Positions 29,692 to 42,296 of a DNA stretch of 64,000 bases are shown piece after piece. The notes under the pieces are model-generated. The model was not told the DNA's origin. It searched no databases and was given only the letters and a program-made list of their open reading frames with translations. Source of the stretch: Octopus sinensis (Eukaryota); the NCBI RefSeq assembly GCF_006345805.1, contig NC_043005.1, positions 2,294,001-2,358,000 of the forward strand, given 5' to 3'. Numbering within the stretch: position 1 is the stretch's first letter; every line of letters begins with the position of its first letter. A program made the position numbers and the translations under genes.

Positions 29692-29790
29692 TGCTGCTGC
29701 TGCTGCTGCTGCTGCCATTGCTGCTGCTACAAAGTTTTAATGTCTCATATCGCTTTGGCGTCTGATTGTTGCTGTTGATGATGATGATGA
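29260..29790. repeat. Compound trinucleotide repeats (TAG/TGG/TAC/TGC/GAT) with a SINE family 2 head fragment at ~29455-29545 (-)
   Basis: Directly visible; tttgaactcagaacg...ctgccagctcacc matches the family 2 head. Confidence 0.85.
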
Positions 29791-30129
29791 TGATGACGAA
29801 GAGTAGGGGGATGAGGAGGATAGAGATGAACATTGTGGGCATGGTTGTGCGTTCGTGTGTGGGCGTGCATGTGTATGTGGATGGATGAGTGTGTATGTAT
29901 GTGTGTGCGTGTGCATGTATGTGTGTATATGTGTACCTGTGTTTATGTGTGTGGGTGCCCGTGTGTGTGTGTGTATGCATGTGTATAAGTGTCGGTGTGG
30001 ATGTGTATGTGTATGTATGTGTGTGGGCGTGAGTATGTATGTCTTTATGTGTGTGTATGTGTTTATATGTACGTGTGCTTATGCGTGTGTACGTGAGTGA
30101 TTATTGAGTTTTAAAGTTTACTTCTAAGC

Positions 30130-30420
30130 TTTGGCCTGTCGATTGGCAGAATCGGTAGAGGATCGGACAAAACACCTTCTGATATTCCTTCTACTCTTTA
30201 CGTTCTGAGTTCAAATCCTGCAGAGACCTGTTTTGCCTTTCAGTGTTGCAGGTATGATGAAATAAATATCCAGTCATTCACTGGGGTCGACGTAATCGAC
30301 TGTCCACCCCACTCCCCACCCTCACCTCAGCACACAAAAATTAATCTTGCGTCTATTTTAGAAATTTTTATTTAAAGGCGGTGAGTTAGCAAACTCATCG
30401 GTGCGCTGAACAAAATGTCA
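30130..30420 (+). mobile_element. Degenerate SINE family 2 fragments
   Basis: ttggcagaatcggtagag...gttctgagttcaaatcc...cactggggtcgacgtaatcgac. Confidence 0.6.
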
Positions 30421-30449
30421 CGTTGCAAGTTGCTACAACTCTTTAGTGA

Positions 30450-30770
30450 GTGAGCGTGGCATAGTGGTTAGAGGTATTCGACTGATGGTCGTGAGATGGT
30501 GAGTTCGATTCCTGGCAGTGCGTTATGTCCTTTAATAAGACACTATATTTCATGTTGCCCCACTTCACTCAGGTGACAAAATTGAATTGCACTGTATTTG
30601 AAAGGACCGGCCTCGTCACATTCTGTGTCACGCTGAATTCCTCTGAGAACTATGTTAAGGGCGTGCGTGTCTGTAGAGGGCTCAACAACGTGCAAGTTAG
30701 TTTCACGATAAGAGGGTTCCGTTGATCGGATCAACTGGAACACTCTGTTGTAATCAATGGGGGTCACAGT
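30450..30770 (+). mobile_element. tRNA-derived SINE, family 3
   Basis: gcgtggcatagtggttagag...gagttcgattcctgg head; 3' part is homologous to the reverse complement of 48640-48810. Confidence 0.8.
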
Positions 30771-31655
30771 TTTACCGATCTTGATATTCTGAGTTCAACC
30801 TCTGGTCAACTGGTCTTTCAACCCCCATAAGGTCGATAAAATAAACTGCGACCAATCTTAGAATTGCTGGACCGTCACCAAACTTTGCAGGAATTAGTGA
30901 AGCGGCAGAATTGTTTGAGTTTTGGCGAAAATACTTTGCGTTGTTTGTTCAGAATCTTTCTCTTTTACTTTTACTTTTCTTCCTTCCAGGGCCGATACAA
31001 TAAAGTACCTGTTGAGTACAGGAACCAACATAATCAATAAACCCTAGTCTTCTAAATTCCTGGTCCTCTATTTATGTTAGAAATGATTATTGGAACCATT
31101 AAGACATAGGAGAATGGATGGTAGAATCGGTGGAGCACTTTGCGTTCTACGTTGGAATCCCACCTGCTTTTGGTTCCTTTCACCCAGGGACAATAAAACA
31201 ATTATGTGCAATAAACTATAAGTTCTTAAAAAAGACACTCGTTTGTGCAATATGGAGGATTGAATCAAGGCAATACAGGACTTTATCAGTGTCACATGTG
31301 GATTTGTACCAATGCATTGCAGTCCTTTTTTTTTATATATGAGTAACTGAAACAGAAGTATAAAAAACTGCTGAGGTATTTCACTTCTTAATTTCATTTC
31401 TTTGGATCTAAATTCTGAAATAACTGCCTTAGTTCTTTGTCCATTCTGCACCCAAATATCCACAAGAGACCATTACAGAATAGAATGCTTTCAGATTCAT
31501 GTCAGTCCTCACAGATAAAACCTAATCTTTTATTCGTTTAGATTGCAAAGTAGATTTGCAAGTGTGAGATGTTATCCCTCTTAATAAAGTCATTAAATAT
31601 AAACATTTTCGTCTGACTACGTTTGTCTAAGATTATTCTTGGTTTGTCCTTACAG

Positions 31656-31765
31656 ATTCGCTGTCAAGAATTATAAATGGCACTAAAATTAGCAGAATAG
31701 ATTGACCCAGACACCCGAATATAACCAACGAAGTTCCAAGTCATATTTGAAAGCAATTTTTGTGG
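31656..31765 (+). other. Candidate non-coding exon
   Basis: Acceptor ttggtttgtccttacag and donor GG|gtaagt. All three frames contain stops. Confidence 0.2.
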
Positions 31766-32254
31766 GTAAGTGATTTACGGTTACAGAACTTGAATTGTTC
31801 GAAATATTGGTAATATTAGAATAGAAACGAAGTAAAACGCTGACGTTTGTGATGTTTTCTGGGGATAACTCTTCACCCCAAGGCTGGATGTGATATTATC
31901 TGACGCTGTATGTTAAAACCAAAACACTTCGATCATAGTATAACGGTAATGGATTCTCCGTGAGATTTGTTGAGGAGTATTCAGTTGTTTGCTCAACTGA
32001 ACATTTGTCCCTTATGATGGGTACTCATTAGTCACGTGTTTATAGCATAATTCTCAAATCGATTCGGTGTAAATATAAACGACAATGGTAAGAGCAGTGA
32101 ATGATACGGACAATCCATCTGAGAGGCTTCCGCACAGTCACCCTTCATGCAGTTGGCCTGCACGACATTATATTCTCGCTGGTTTCCTGAACATGGTCAT
32201 TTATAACACACACATTGTTTCATTCATATCTGCTAATATATTATTGGAATAATA

Positions 32255-32270
32255 ATAACGATAATAATAA

Positions 32271-32328
<58 letters not shown>

Positions 32329-32500
32329 TGTAGTAGTAGTGGTGGTGGTGGTGGTGGTGGTGGTGGTGGTGATGGTGGTGGTGGTGGTGGTGGTGATGGT
32401 GGTGGTGGTGGTGGTAGTAGTAGTATTAGTAGTAGTAGTAGTAGTAGTAGTAGAAGTAGTAGTAGTAGTAGTAATAATAATAATAATATTAATAATAGTA

Positions 32501-32555
<55 letters not shown>
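32255..32555. repeat. Compound (TAA/TAG/TGG/GAT)n
   Basis: Directly visible. Confidence 0.95.
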
Positions 32556-32556
<1 letters not shown>

Positions 32557-33112
32557 AAATGCCCTGATGCAGTACCAGGCAGTGGCTCTCATGGCTTCTG
32601 GTCTTAACTGGTTGGAAGTGTTATCATGTACATTGTTTTGTCTTAGTATAAAAGATGGGCTACAGCAAATATTCTGCTCAATACCACCGATTTGCTTGTC
32701 AGTTGTTTGACCTTAACCAGTTGAGCATGTCCCTTAGTGGCTGACAATATGTGCATCTCTGATCACGAGCAGAAATAGTGGGGGAGTATCAAAGCCATGT
32801 GTTGAGGGGGATTCTTTGGGGTTTGAATAAGTCACCTCTGGAAACATAAGTGCTTCGTTCAACATCATTAAACAGCCCATATTCAGGGACCTTTTGAGCG
32901 GGATGGGTTACTTGACCAGAAGAAAATTCTAACTGGGCCCCACCTGCAAGGTCATGTGCTATTTATCTTGACATGAGATCACCATGTCGCACACACATAG
33001 TTGTGATGCATGTGCCTGGTGTACCCTTATCAGATGGGTAGTCATGATGGGTATATTGGATTTCATATATTTACCCCAGTGTCACTTTGATGGCATGCAC
33101 TGCTCTCTCACT
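32556..33112 (-). repeat. Unclassified ~560 bp non-coding insert between trinucleotide arrays (possible non-autonomous retroelement)
   Basis: Sharply bounded, GC-richer sequence flanked by (GAT)n and (AAT)n; no ORF. Confidence 0.4.
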
Positions 33113-33219
33113 CAATAATAATAAAATAATAATAATAATAATAACAATAATAATAACAATAATAATAATAATAATAATAATATAATAATAATAATAATAA
33201 TAATAAATAATAATAATAA

Positions 33220-33619
33220 CCAAAAAAAAATGCTTTCTAATTGATGTATCAATACCGGCAGATGACAACGTGTCTCTAAATGAAATGGAGAAACTCTCAA
33301 AATACAAAGACCTGGAAATAGAGGTAACTAGAATGTGGAATCTGAAAACAGAAACAATTCCTATCATAGTAGGTGCATTAGGCATGATAAAAAAATATTC
33401 AGACAAATACATAACAAAAACACCAGGACTTACAAACACATATAACATACAGAAAATTGCACTACTAGGCACTGCACACATCCTACGCAGAACACTTTCC
33501 ATACAATAACCATCAGAGCATCACAACAAATCACAGCACATACCCAAGGCACACAGAGCTGCGCTCGGTAGTGAAGTGAAAGCACGCTATAAAAATAAAA
33601 CTACTGAATAATAATACTA

Positions 33620-33620
<1 letters not shown>
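33220..33620 (+). mobile_element. 5'-truncated R4/Dong-like RLE retrotransposon 3' end inside a (TAA)n array
   Basis: LIDVSIPADDNVSLNEMEKLSKYKDLEIEVTRMWNLKTETIPIIVGALGMIKK (RLE domain); tail duplication actactgaataataat x2; (TAA)n on both sides. Confidence 0.9.
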
Positions 33621-33695
<75 letters not shown>

Positions 33696-33779
33696 CAGCA
33701 GGCTGCTGTCCGCTCTCACAGAATCTACCAGAACAAACAAGACCGAACGTTCTGAGAAGTAAAACAATAATGGCTTCAT

Positions 33780-33890
33780 ATTTCAACCCAAGGCCAACCG
33801 GTTTGAGGAAGGGGTTAAGTCGATTAAATCGACCCAATGCTTAACTGGTACTTATTTCATCTACCAGTCGTATCCGGCGGAATTTGAACG
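33780..33890 (-). mobile_element. SINE family 2 fragment
   Basis: aagtcgattaaatcgaccc...aactggtacttattt...aatttgaac. Confidence 0.6.
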
Positions 33891-34198
33891 CCACAATACT
33901 AATAATAACAATGATAGTACAAACTAACCAGGTCATGTGTGTAGATCACGTGGTTACGATGAAACCGCGTGCATTTGTTCGACTTACGAATTCTCGGCTG
34001 CACCCGTCTCGTTGGCGCACGACGAACTACTTTGATTCGTAATGTAGAATATTATAATTCCAAAATAAAGAAAAGGAACGGAAGAGATTGTAACAGTTCC
34101 TGTGTCTTCTATTAAGCCGCCAATCACTTTCTTAATATCTTTTGTCTATTTTACATTTATATTTATTTTATACTTATTTTATTTTGTCTTATTTTCAG

Positions 34199-34257
34199 AA
34201 CAAAACCAGCCCTATAAAAAAGCGGGATGCGATTGCCAATGGCTATACTTTTAACAG
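34199..34257 (+). other. Candidate exon (59 nt)
   Basis: Long pyrimidine tract ending ttattttcag and perfect donor CAG|gtaagt; one open frame, NKTSPIKKRDAIANGYTFN. Confidence 0.3.
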
Positions 34258-35788
34258 GTAAGTGCCACTGACGAAGCCTAAAAAAGGTAGAGGTAAGTTT
34301 CTTCGGGAAACCAGTTCCTCAATTAAAGTTCGTTCCTCGCTTATAACCACTTCGTTTTTCTTTACGCCATTAGTGATTTTTAGAATGACATAGACAACTT
34401 ACGTTGACCCATACTGTTTCGATTAGTAGAATCGAGTCGAGGGTAGCAGAAATGTGTGAGTGAACGATGAAGTGAGTGGAGATCGGACTCAAATGAGTTC
34501 AGTTATTTTGATGGTGCTTTTGAGATAACATAGCTATCGCAATTTTCCTTCCTCCCTCGAAAATGCCTAATGACTTCCTGAAGTGGAAAATAATCAAGTG
34601 ATTCACCTGGAGTCAAAATAAGAACCAGAAGCAAACTTAAAAGATACCATTTCCCACTCCTCCAAATGTTTGACGTTATGAGAATTGCTATTTATAGGAT
34701 GTAGAGATGTACTTTATAATATTTTAGGTTGTTGTATTGGACTCTATAATGTCGGTTGTAAGGATTAGATTATAAAGTTGTGGGTTGTAGTAATGTACTC
34801 CATAATGTTTTGAGTGAAAAGAATCCGTATCTCCGTTGATTAGAATCAAACTCGTGAGACAGTTTCTCTTTCGTTTCTCAACAATTTCCATTGGAAGCAA
34901 TGTTATTCTTTGACACCAGTTGACCTTTACAAAGAGCACCACCAATATATTCAGACAATATAATTGTTAATAATCATAATTATATTAATAATTATAACTG
35001 TAAATTTTGAGGCGCTTTACAATTAACAAGACTGTTTATCAATCCTTTTAGATAGACACTATTCTGCTAAAAAAAAAAGTCTTTGACAGAGTCCATAAAT
35101 CAATTTCTACATTCAGTTGAAATCACTTCATCGATGTCTTTAACATACGGCAGTAAAGTTTGAACATCACTACTTCCTTGCATTCTACAACCTAACATAT
35201 CTCACTAAAGCCTACATCATTTTGTGTAGGAGGCTGGTAACGAGAGATCGACAGGGGAATATATAATGTAGGCCATTGCCTGTCTTCCCGCTCTCACTTC
35301 AAATACCGCTCATGACTATTTTGCTCTCCATCTCTGACATACTGCCAACAGGATTGCTCAAAGTCAGCTTCTTTAAAAAGATGTGATATTTCTGGTGAAG
35401 TCGGAAGGTGCTAAAAAATGCGAAACCGGAAGTTAATGTAAACAGGCTTTATTAAAAGCAATACCGGAAGTTTATGTCAAGAGACATGTCTACAAAACAT
35501 AAGGCTGAGCAGAACAGGAAGTTCGAGTATGGAGAGCAATAATAAAACAGCAACATAGAAGAATAACGTCTGCAGAGTTTTGTCAATAAAAATTAATAGA
35601 AAGATCGAAGGAAAAGTAATGATCGTCGAAAAACTGATAATATCGAAAGTTAAAACGACCGAACCGGAAGTACATGTACATATATGATTCATGATATACG
35701 ATGTAAGTTCGTTGTACACAAACAGTCGCGCGTATGCGTAACGTTTAGTTAGATGTGCGAATGTATATCAGTATATCATCTACACACA

Positions 35789-35845
<57 letters not shown>

Positions 35846-36344
35846 GCATGCACACACATACACACAAATACATATATATTTTGATTAAAGCATATACGAA
35901 AAAGAGAAAGGTGAAGGTAAAATACACAAATGGAGTAAGAAAAAATTGTTTATATACAGAAAAGGCGCACGCACACGCATACATGCAAACACGCACACTG
36001 ACATATATATGTATATATGTGTGCGTATTATATATTTATGTATATGTATATATGTGTATATATATATATATAAGTATATATGTATATATATATGTATGTA
36101 TATGTATATATGTATATATATATGTATGTATATGTATATATGTATATATATATATATGTATATATATATATAAAAGCAGTGGGAAACAGAAATGTACAGG
36201 GGAGAGTGTGTACATGTGTTTATGCGTGCGCATGCATGAAATATTTTCGATTATGTATCTATAATTATGTGTAAATATGTAGATATATAAATATAACAAG
36301 TGAGCATTATTATACACATGTACACATGTGTATGTGTGTCGGAT

Positions 36345-36640
36345 ATATATCTCTCTCTCTATAAAACTGAGAATGTGTGTGTCTGTTTGTCTGTCTGTCT
36401 GTGAGTTTCCTTAAAACTTTAGAACTACACAACCAATTTCATTCAAATTTTACACACGCCTTACTTAGGGTCCATGTAGTTTCATGGGCAAAAAAAAATG
36501 TTCAACTTCTTGCCTAGGGCGAGCCCATAGCAATATCATATCTTCTCCACTATTTCAGTATTACGTGTTAAAAGTGAAACAAAAACGTTTCTCTATTTTA
36601 TGTCAGATTCTTTCACTTTAGCAATAAAAATTAGCGATAA
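36345..36640 (-). mobile_element. HINE-type element, terminal fragment
   Basis: tctctataaaactgagaatgtgtgtgtctgtttgtctgtc terminus resembles those at 42290 and 45600. Confidence 0.5.
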
Positions 36641-36741
36641 TAATAACAATTGAATGTATCTATCTATCTATCTATATATATATATACAAACAGACATGCA
36701 TGCATGCTGCATACATATATACATATATGTCTATATATATA

Positions 36742-36780
<39 letters not shown>

Positions 36781-36820
36781 TATATGTATATATGTATGCA
36801 TGCATGCATGCATGTCTGTT

Positions 36821-36855
<35 letters not shown>

Positions 36856-36884
36856 GGTTGAAAAGGAACACATGAGTTGATATA

Positions 36885-37270
36885 TATGGGAAAAAGTCAA
36901 GGTAGAAAATGCTAAAATAATTTTGTAAAAAAACATTTCAGTACCGGTTTCAGTCACTGAAACTTTTTCAACTGTAAGTAAGGAAAACTATTAAATTTTG
37001 GAAAAATTTATAGAAAAGTTGTTTTTTTTAAATATTTGTATAGTATTCAAATAGAAGGGGCATTTTCCTTGTTTCTGCTTGTCTCTGTCTCTCTTGTTTA
37101 CTCTTGTGGGTTCGAGGCCGTTGTGAATTCTTGGTAGGGAAGAAGAAGAAGAAGAAGAAGAAGAAGAAGAAGAAGAAGAAGAAGAAGAAGAAGAAGAAGA
37201 AGAAGAAGAAGAAGAAGAAGAAGAAGAAGAATGCGCGAGTGCCATGATAGTAGTATGTTAAATGGTCAAG
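36885..37270 (-). repeat. Interspersed repeat with (GAA)n and a U3-A8-type minimal hammerhead motif
   Basis: Direct homolog at 56990-57440. Reverse complement of 36939-36974 reads cag TTGAAAA agttt cag tgact GAAA ccgg TA ctg. Confidence 0.75.
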
Positions 37271-37345
37271 TGCCCTGAAAGTGACCCGTTGTGGATTGAA
37301 TTCTTGAGACATCTCTTTTGACTGTTTTGTTTGGTATATATATAC

Positions 37346-37394
<49 letters not shown>

Positions 37395-37489
37395 CGTATA
37401 ATGTATAAGGTATGTATAAAGCAGAGTTAGTGCAGAAACAATTGTAACTGATCATTTAAGATGTCTTCCTATTCGAATTATATATATAT

Positions 37490-37548
37490 TCAGGTGGTGG
37501 TATTACGTTAGACATGGCCTGGACCAATCTTTGGTCGAAACATATCTA

Positions 37549-37553
<5 letters not shown>
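37490..37553 (+). mobile_element. Extremely 5'-truncated (~64 bp) copy of the element-2 LINE 3' end
   Basis: caggtggtggtattacgttagacatggcctggaccaatctttggtcgaaacatatctaagttt matches the reverse complement of 49230-49293; flanked by (TA)n. Confidence 0.9.
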
Positions 37554-37614
<61 letters not shown>

Positions 37615-38608
37615 CATATATATACATGTATGTGTTGTGTGTGTGTGTGTATGTGTGTGTGTGTGCTCGTGTGCCCTGGCACTTCGGTTATGATAAAACC
37701 ACGACATCGATTCCGAATGAATCGACTCCAAAATTATAACTGACATAGATGACATAGATGACAGTTATGGTTCTTTTTTTATGGCAGCCAGAAGTTAACC
37801 GTCCAACTACCACAAAGCAACAAGGTCTGCTACAGATGTAGAAATGGAATATTCGAATTGGCATTCATTATGACCAGTTCATTTGTTTCTTGATCAAGTT
37901 ACTTCCGTCCAATAAATTTCTTTTATAACATCGCCTTTTATCATATTACCTTTTAATCCTCCCTCGATAATATGTTTATCAGTGTAAGAAAATCTAAGTA
38001 TTGATGCGTAATTCGGAGGAATACACCTGATGTATTACACAGTTTTTTTTAATATGCGTAAAAGAAAAGATGAAAGAAGCCTTCAATATTTTCTGCGTCT
38101 CTTACGGTGAAGAGTTTCTCAAAAGACCGTCATTTATAGGAATAAAAAATGAAGAATGAAGGGAAATTTATCCTGTGATCAAACATAAAAGTTATTTACG
38201 GTTTGTCCATAATCTTGCTAAAGAAAATATTTTCCACATATGTTTGTCTGTATACAAAGACGTGCGTTAGTCTTTATATTTTTGTGCGAAAAAGGCCACA
38301 ACTCTTCTTTGTCAACTACGCCGGTGTCCTTATAATTATATATTCATTAATGCTGAGACGTGTATTGCAATCATAGTCCCCCCTCTCTCCCCCATCACTA
38401 TCTCTCTCTTTCTCTCTCTCTCTTTCCCTCTCTGGAGTGTGGCAATCTTGTTAATCTTCGCTAATTTTTGCTTTTATTTTATATTTATTTATAACTTTCT
38501 ATCCAAAATCACTTTACTTAAGTTATCAACATCGACTATCTAAGAAACATCAGGTATTAACGTCTCTCTCTCTCTCTCTCCCTGTCTCTCTCTCTCTCTC
38601 TCGCTCTC

Positions 38609-38680
<72 letters not shown>

Positions 38681-39297
38681 ATGCATATGCATATATATAT
38701 ATGCTTATATATATATATATATATATATATGTTTATATATCTATATATATATACACACATATATATATAAATACATATAAAGATATATATATAAACATAC
38801 ATGCACACATATAAATGTATACATACACACACACTGTGTGTGGATGAGTTTGTTTGTGTATGTATGTTTGTGTGCGTGTGTGTGTGTTTATGTGCAGAAC
38901 AAGAGAATCGTGATATTTTCCCAAAGCACTCTGAGTTTTGATAAGAGAAACTATTCTCGGTTTTAAGTTCAACCTTATCAGCCACACAACACAATACAAA
39001 TTACGGAACCGAAAGAGACGGACTTTCCATTTTGGTGGCAACAGAGGCGTCCAAACACTCGCTCACACATACACACACTGCAGACACAAACATCTGTGGA
39101 TGTGTGCCCGCGCGCGCGTGTGTGTGTTGGGGTGGGTGTACACATGTAAGGCAAACTGGCTGACACATATGAGCATCAGATTATCTCAGCAGTGGTATAT
39201 TTTCGATTCTCTGTGCTCTGAGTTCGTAAAGGAGCGATAAAATTCCAGACAAATATTGGAGTAGATTTTTGCTTTTATCCTCTTCCGTTCTCTATCA

Positions 39298-39377
<80 letters not shown>

Positions 39378-39688
39378 GGATTTTACAACGTTGCATTCCG
39401 AGATAGTGAGTGGACACTCATCGGGATCGCTTCTCCAGAAATGAAGAAGTGATCAGTGAAGAGCAAGCAATTACTAGTAATTAATTAGGGTCGTTTAATG
39501 GTGTCTGAATGTGAAAGCCAACACAGAACAAAAATTAAGAATGTGTCACACACACCCTACACACACACAACACGCACACACATACACACACAAACACACA
39601 CATACTGATTAACCACGCGTGCAACAAAATAGAAGTTGACCTCAATGTCATTGCCTCAGAGGAATATTTTTACGAGATTATTATCTAA

Positions 39689-40100
39689 GGAGGCGAGCTG
39701 GCAGAAACGTAAGCACGTCGGGCGAAATGCGTAGCCGTATTTCATCTACCTCTACGTTCTGAGTTCAAATTCCGCCGAGGTCGACTTTGCCTTTCATCCT
39801 TTCGGGGTCGATAAATTAAGTACCAGTTACGCACTGGGGTCGATGTAATCGACTTGATCCGTTTGTCTGTCCTTGTTTGTCCTCTCTGTGTTTAGCCCCT
39901 TGTGGGTAGTAAAGAAATAGGTATTTCGTCTGCCGTTACGCTCTGAGTTCAAATTCCGCCGAGGTCAACCTTGCCTTTCATCCTTTCAGGGTCGTTTAAA
40001 TAAGTACCAGTTATGCACTGGGGTCGATGTAATCAACTTTATCACTTTGTCTAATCTTGTTTATCCCCTCTACGTTTAGCCCCCTGCGTGCAATATAGAA
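39689..40100 (+). mobile_element. Tandem SINE family 2 (full copy 39689-39920 plus 5'-truncated copy 39921-40100)
   Basis: Both copies match 10562-10790. Confidence 0.85.
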
Positions 40101-41109
40101 ATACATATTATACGAACAGGGAAGATTTACAAACAAAACACCGAGTTTCCCAGCAAACCAGAATGTACAAAGATGTCTGATGGTGGTCGCAAACAACGTC
40201 CGTGTAAGGGGAAAACCATGAAGTTGCTGCAGTGGCAAGTCGGAGCTGCCCAATATATATATATATATATATATATACATGCTTACATATGTACGTATGG
40301 ATGTATGCATCCATACGTACATATGTGTGTGAGTGTGTGGTTGTATGTGTATGTATATATACATGTACACACACCTATACATAGACGTAGGGCAATTGTT
40401 AGCAACGCCTTACTCTAAGGATACCGTGAAGATGTCGGCAGCAGCAGGACGTTGGATAACCAACGAGGGAGATGAGTCCGAATAGTTTGAAGGTTATTTG
40501 TGACCAAACGGACGAACTGAATCCTCAGTTGCCATGGCGAGGCAGCCTCAACGTCGCCTGTGTGCGTTGTAGTCTTTTTTACCACTTGGTACCTGGCGTG
40601 GAGGCCCAGTGGAATAGTCTGGTGGGGAGAGCACGAAGACTGCCTTACTCACTGTACAGAGGTGTTGTGTTCAGGGAAGTGACCTGAACAGAATGCATGT
40701 GTTTAGAGAGAAGTGGTGAGACAGATATTGAGGCGGGGAGACAGTCAAACAGGAGCGAGAAGGCAGTAAAAGTTACAGATAATGTGAGAGAAGATAGAGA
40801 AGAGATAGAAGAGGCGGTAAGAGAGAGAGGAGAAGAAGGAGAGAGGGAGAGAGAGAAACAAAGGATTTAGGAATCGCCCAGTTTCTTTACTAGTATTTTG
40901 GGCCTCAGCTCCTGTGAGGACAGACAAATATGCTACACCGTCGAATTCATTGGAATTTGAACCCACAGCGCAGAAAATCACCGCAAATATCAAATGGTAT
41001 TCTGTAAAGTGACTTTACCAATGAGTGGAGGATCATGGAGAGATTGAGTTGTCAATATAACGACTCGAAGAGAATATTGTTCACCACACACACACACAGA
41101 GGCAACGGA

Positions 41110-41223
<114 letters not shown>

Positions 41224-41227
41224 ATAT

Positions 41228-42259
41228 ACATCAACAATCAAGGAACGGCCATGATAGGCCATTCACCCACTAGAAATAACAGCCAAAGCTTCAACCGCAA
41301 ATAAAGATTAATTCCGTAAACAGGAGAAAATTTAAAAAACATTTACCCTGTAATTTCTTGTACGATGCACCGTTTCATCTGCTGTTTAATGGTAAACTAA
41401 CCTGATTAAATTAAATCAAGCCAATCTTCCATAGGCCCTCAGATTCTTCAGCAAGAAATAGCCAAGTCGGAACAGATATTTTCACGAGGCATTTCAAACC
41501 CTGCCAAGGTAATATCTGACCTAAAATTTTCAAATCGTCGCACTCGCGCCAAATTTATCGGCAGCAAATAAATATAATGTTTACGGAATTAATCTTTATT
41601 TGCGGTTGAAGCTTTGGCTGTTATTTCTAGTGGGTGAATGGCCTATCATGGCCGTTCCTTGATTGTTGATGTTGAACTTAAAAATGGTCTATGACTATTT
41701 AATTTTTTCCCACTAGGCCGCTGGTGGCAAAAAGAATTCTACAAAATTTTTTCTGCCACCCTATATTGATTAATTATGAATTTTCTGGTTAATTCCGTAA
41801 TGGAATCGACGGCTTATATTTATTTGCTGCCGATAAATTTGGCGCGAGTGCGACGATTTGAAAATTTTAGGTCAGATATTACCTTGGCAGAGTTTGAAAT
41901 GCCTCGTGAAAATATCTGTTCCGACTTGGCTATTTCTTGCTGAAGAATCTGAGGGCCTATGGAAGATTGGCTTGATTTAATTTAATCAGGTTAGTTTACC
42001 ATTAAACAGCAGATGAAACGGTGCATTGTACAAGAAATTACAGGGTAAATGTTTTTTAAATTTTCTCCTGTTTACGGAATTAATCTTTATTTGCGGTTGA
42101 AGCTTTGGCTGTTATTTCTAGTGGGTGAATGGCCTATCATGGCCGTTCCTTGATTGTTGATGTTGAACTTAAAAATGGTCTATGACTATTTAATTTTTTC
42201 CACTAGGCCGCTGGTGGCAAAAAGAATTCTACAAAATTTTTTCTGCCACCCTATATTGA

Positions 42260-42267
<8 letters not shown>
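41228..42267. repeat. Complex inverted plus direct duplication
   Basis: 41228-41577 is inverted at 41814-42163; 41578-41777 is directly repeated at 42069-42267; copies are near-identical. Confidence 0.92.

Positions 42268-42289
<22 letters not shown>

Positions 42290-42296
<7 letters not shown>

Noticed and set aside
34268-34320. CTGACGA...GAAAC..GTT motif
   Set aside because: Helix II does not close onto GAAA and there is no helix I complementarity.
40380-40760. GC-richer segment possibly encoding an RTE-like C-terminus on the minus strand
   Set aside because: Only vague motif resemblance with several stops; cannot be supported by eye.
41935-41975. CTGAAGA with a stem in the inverted duplication
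   Set aside because: No GAAA after the stem.
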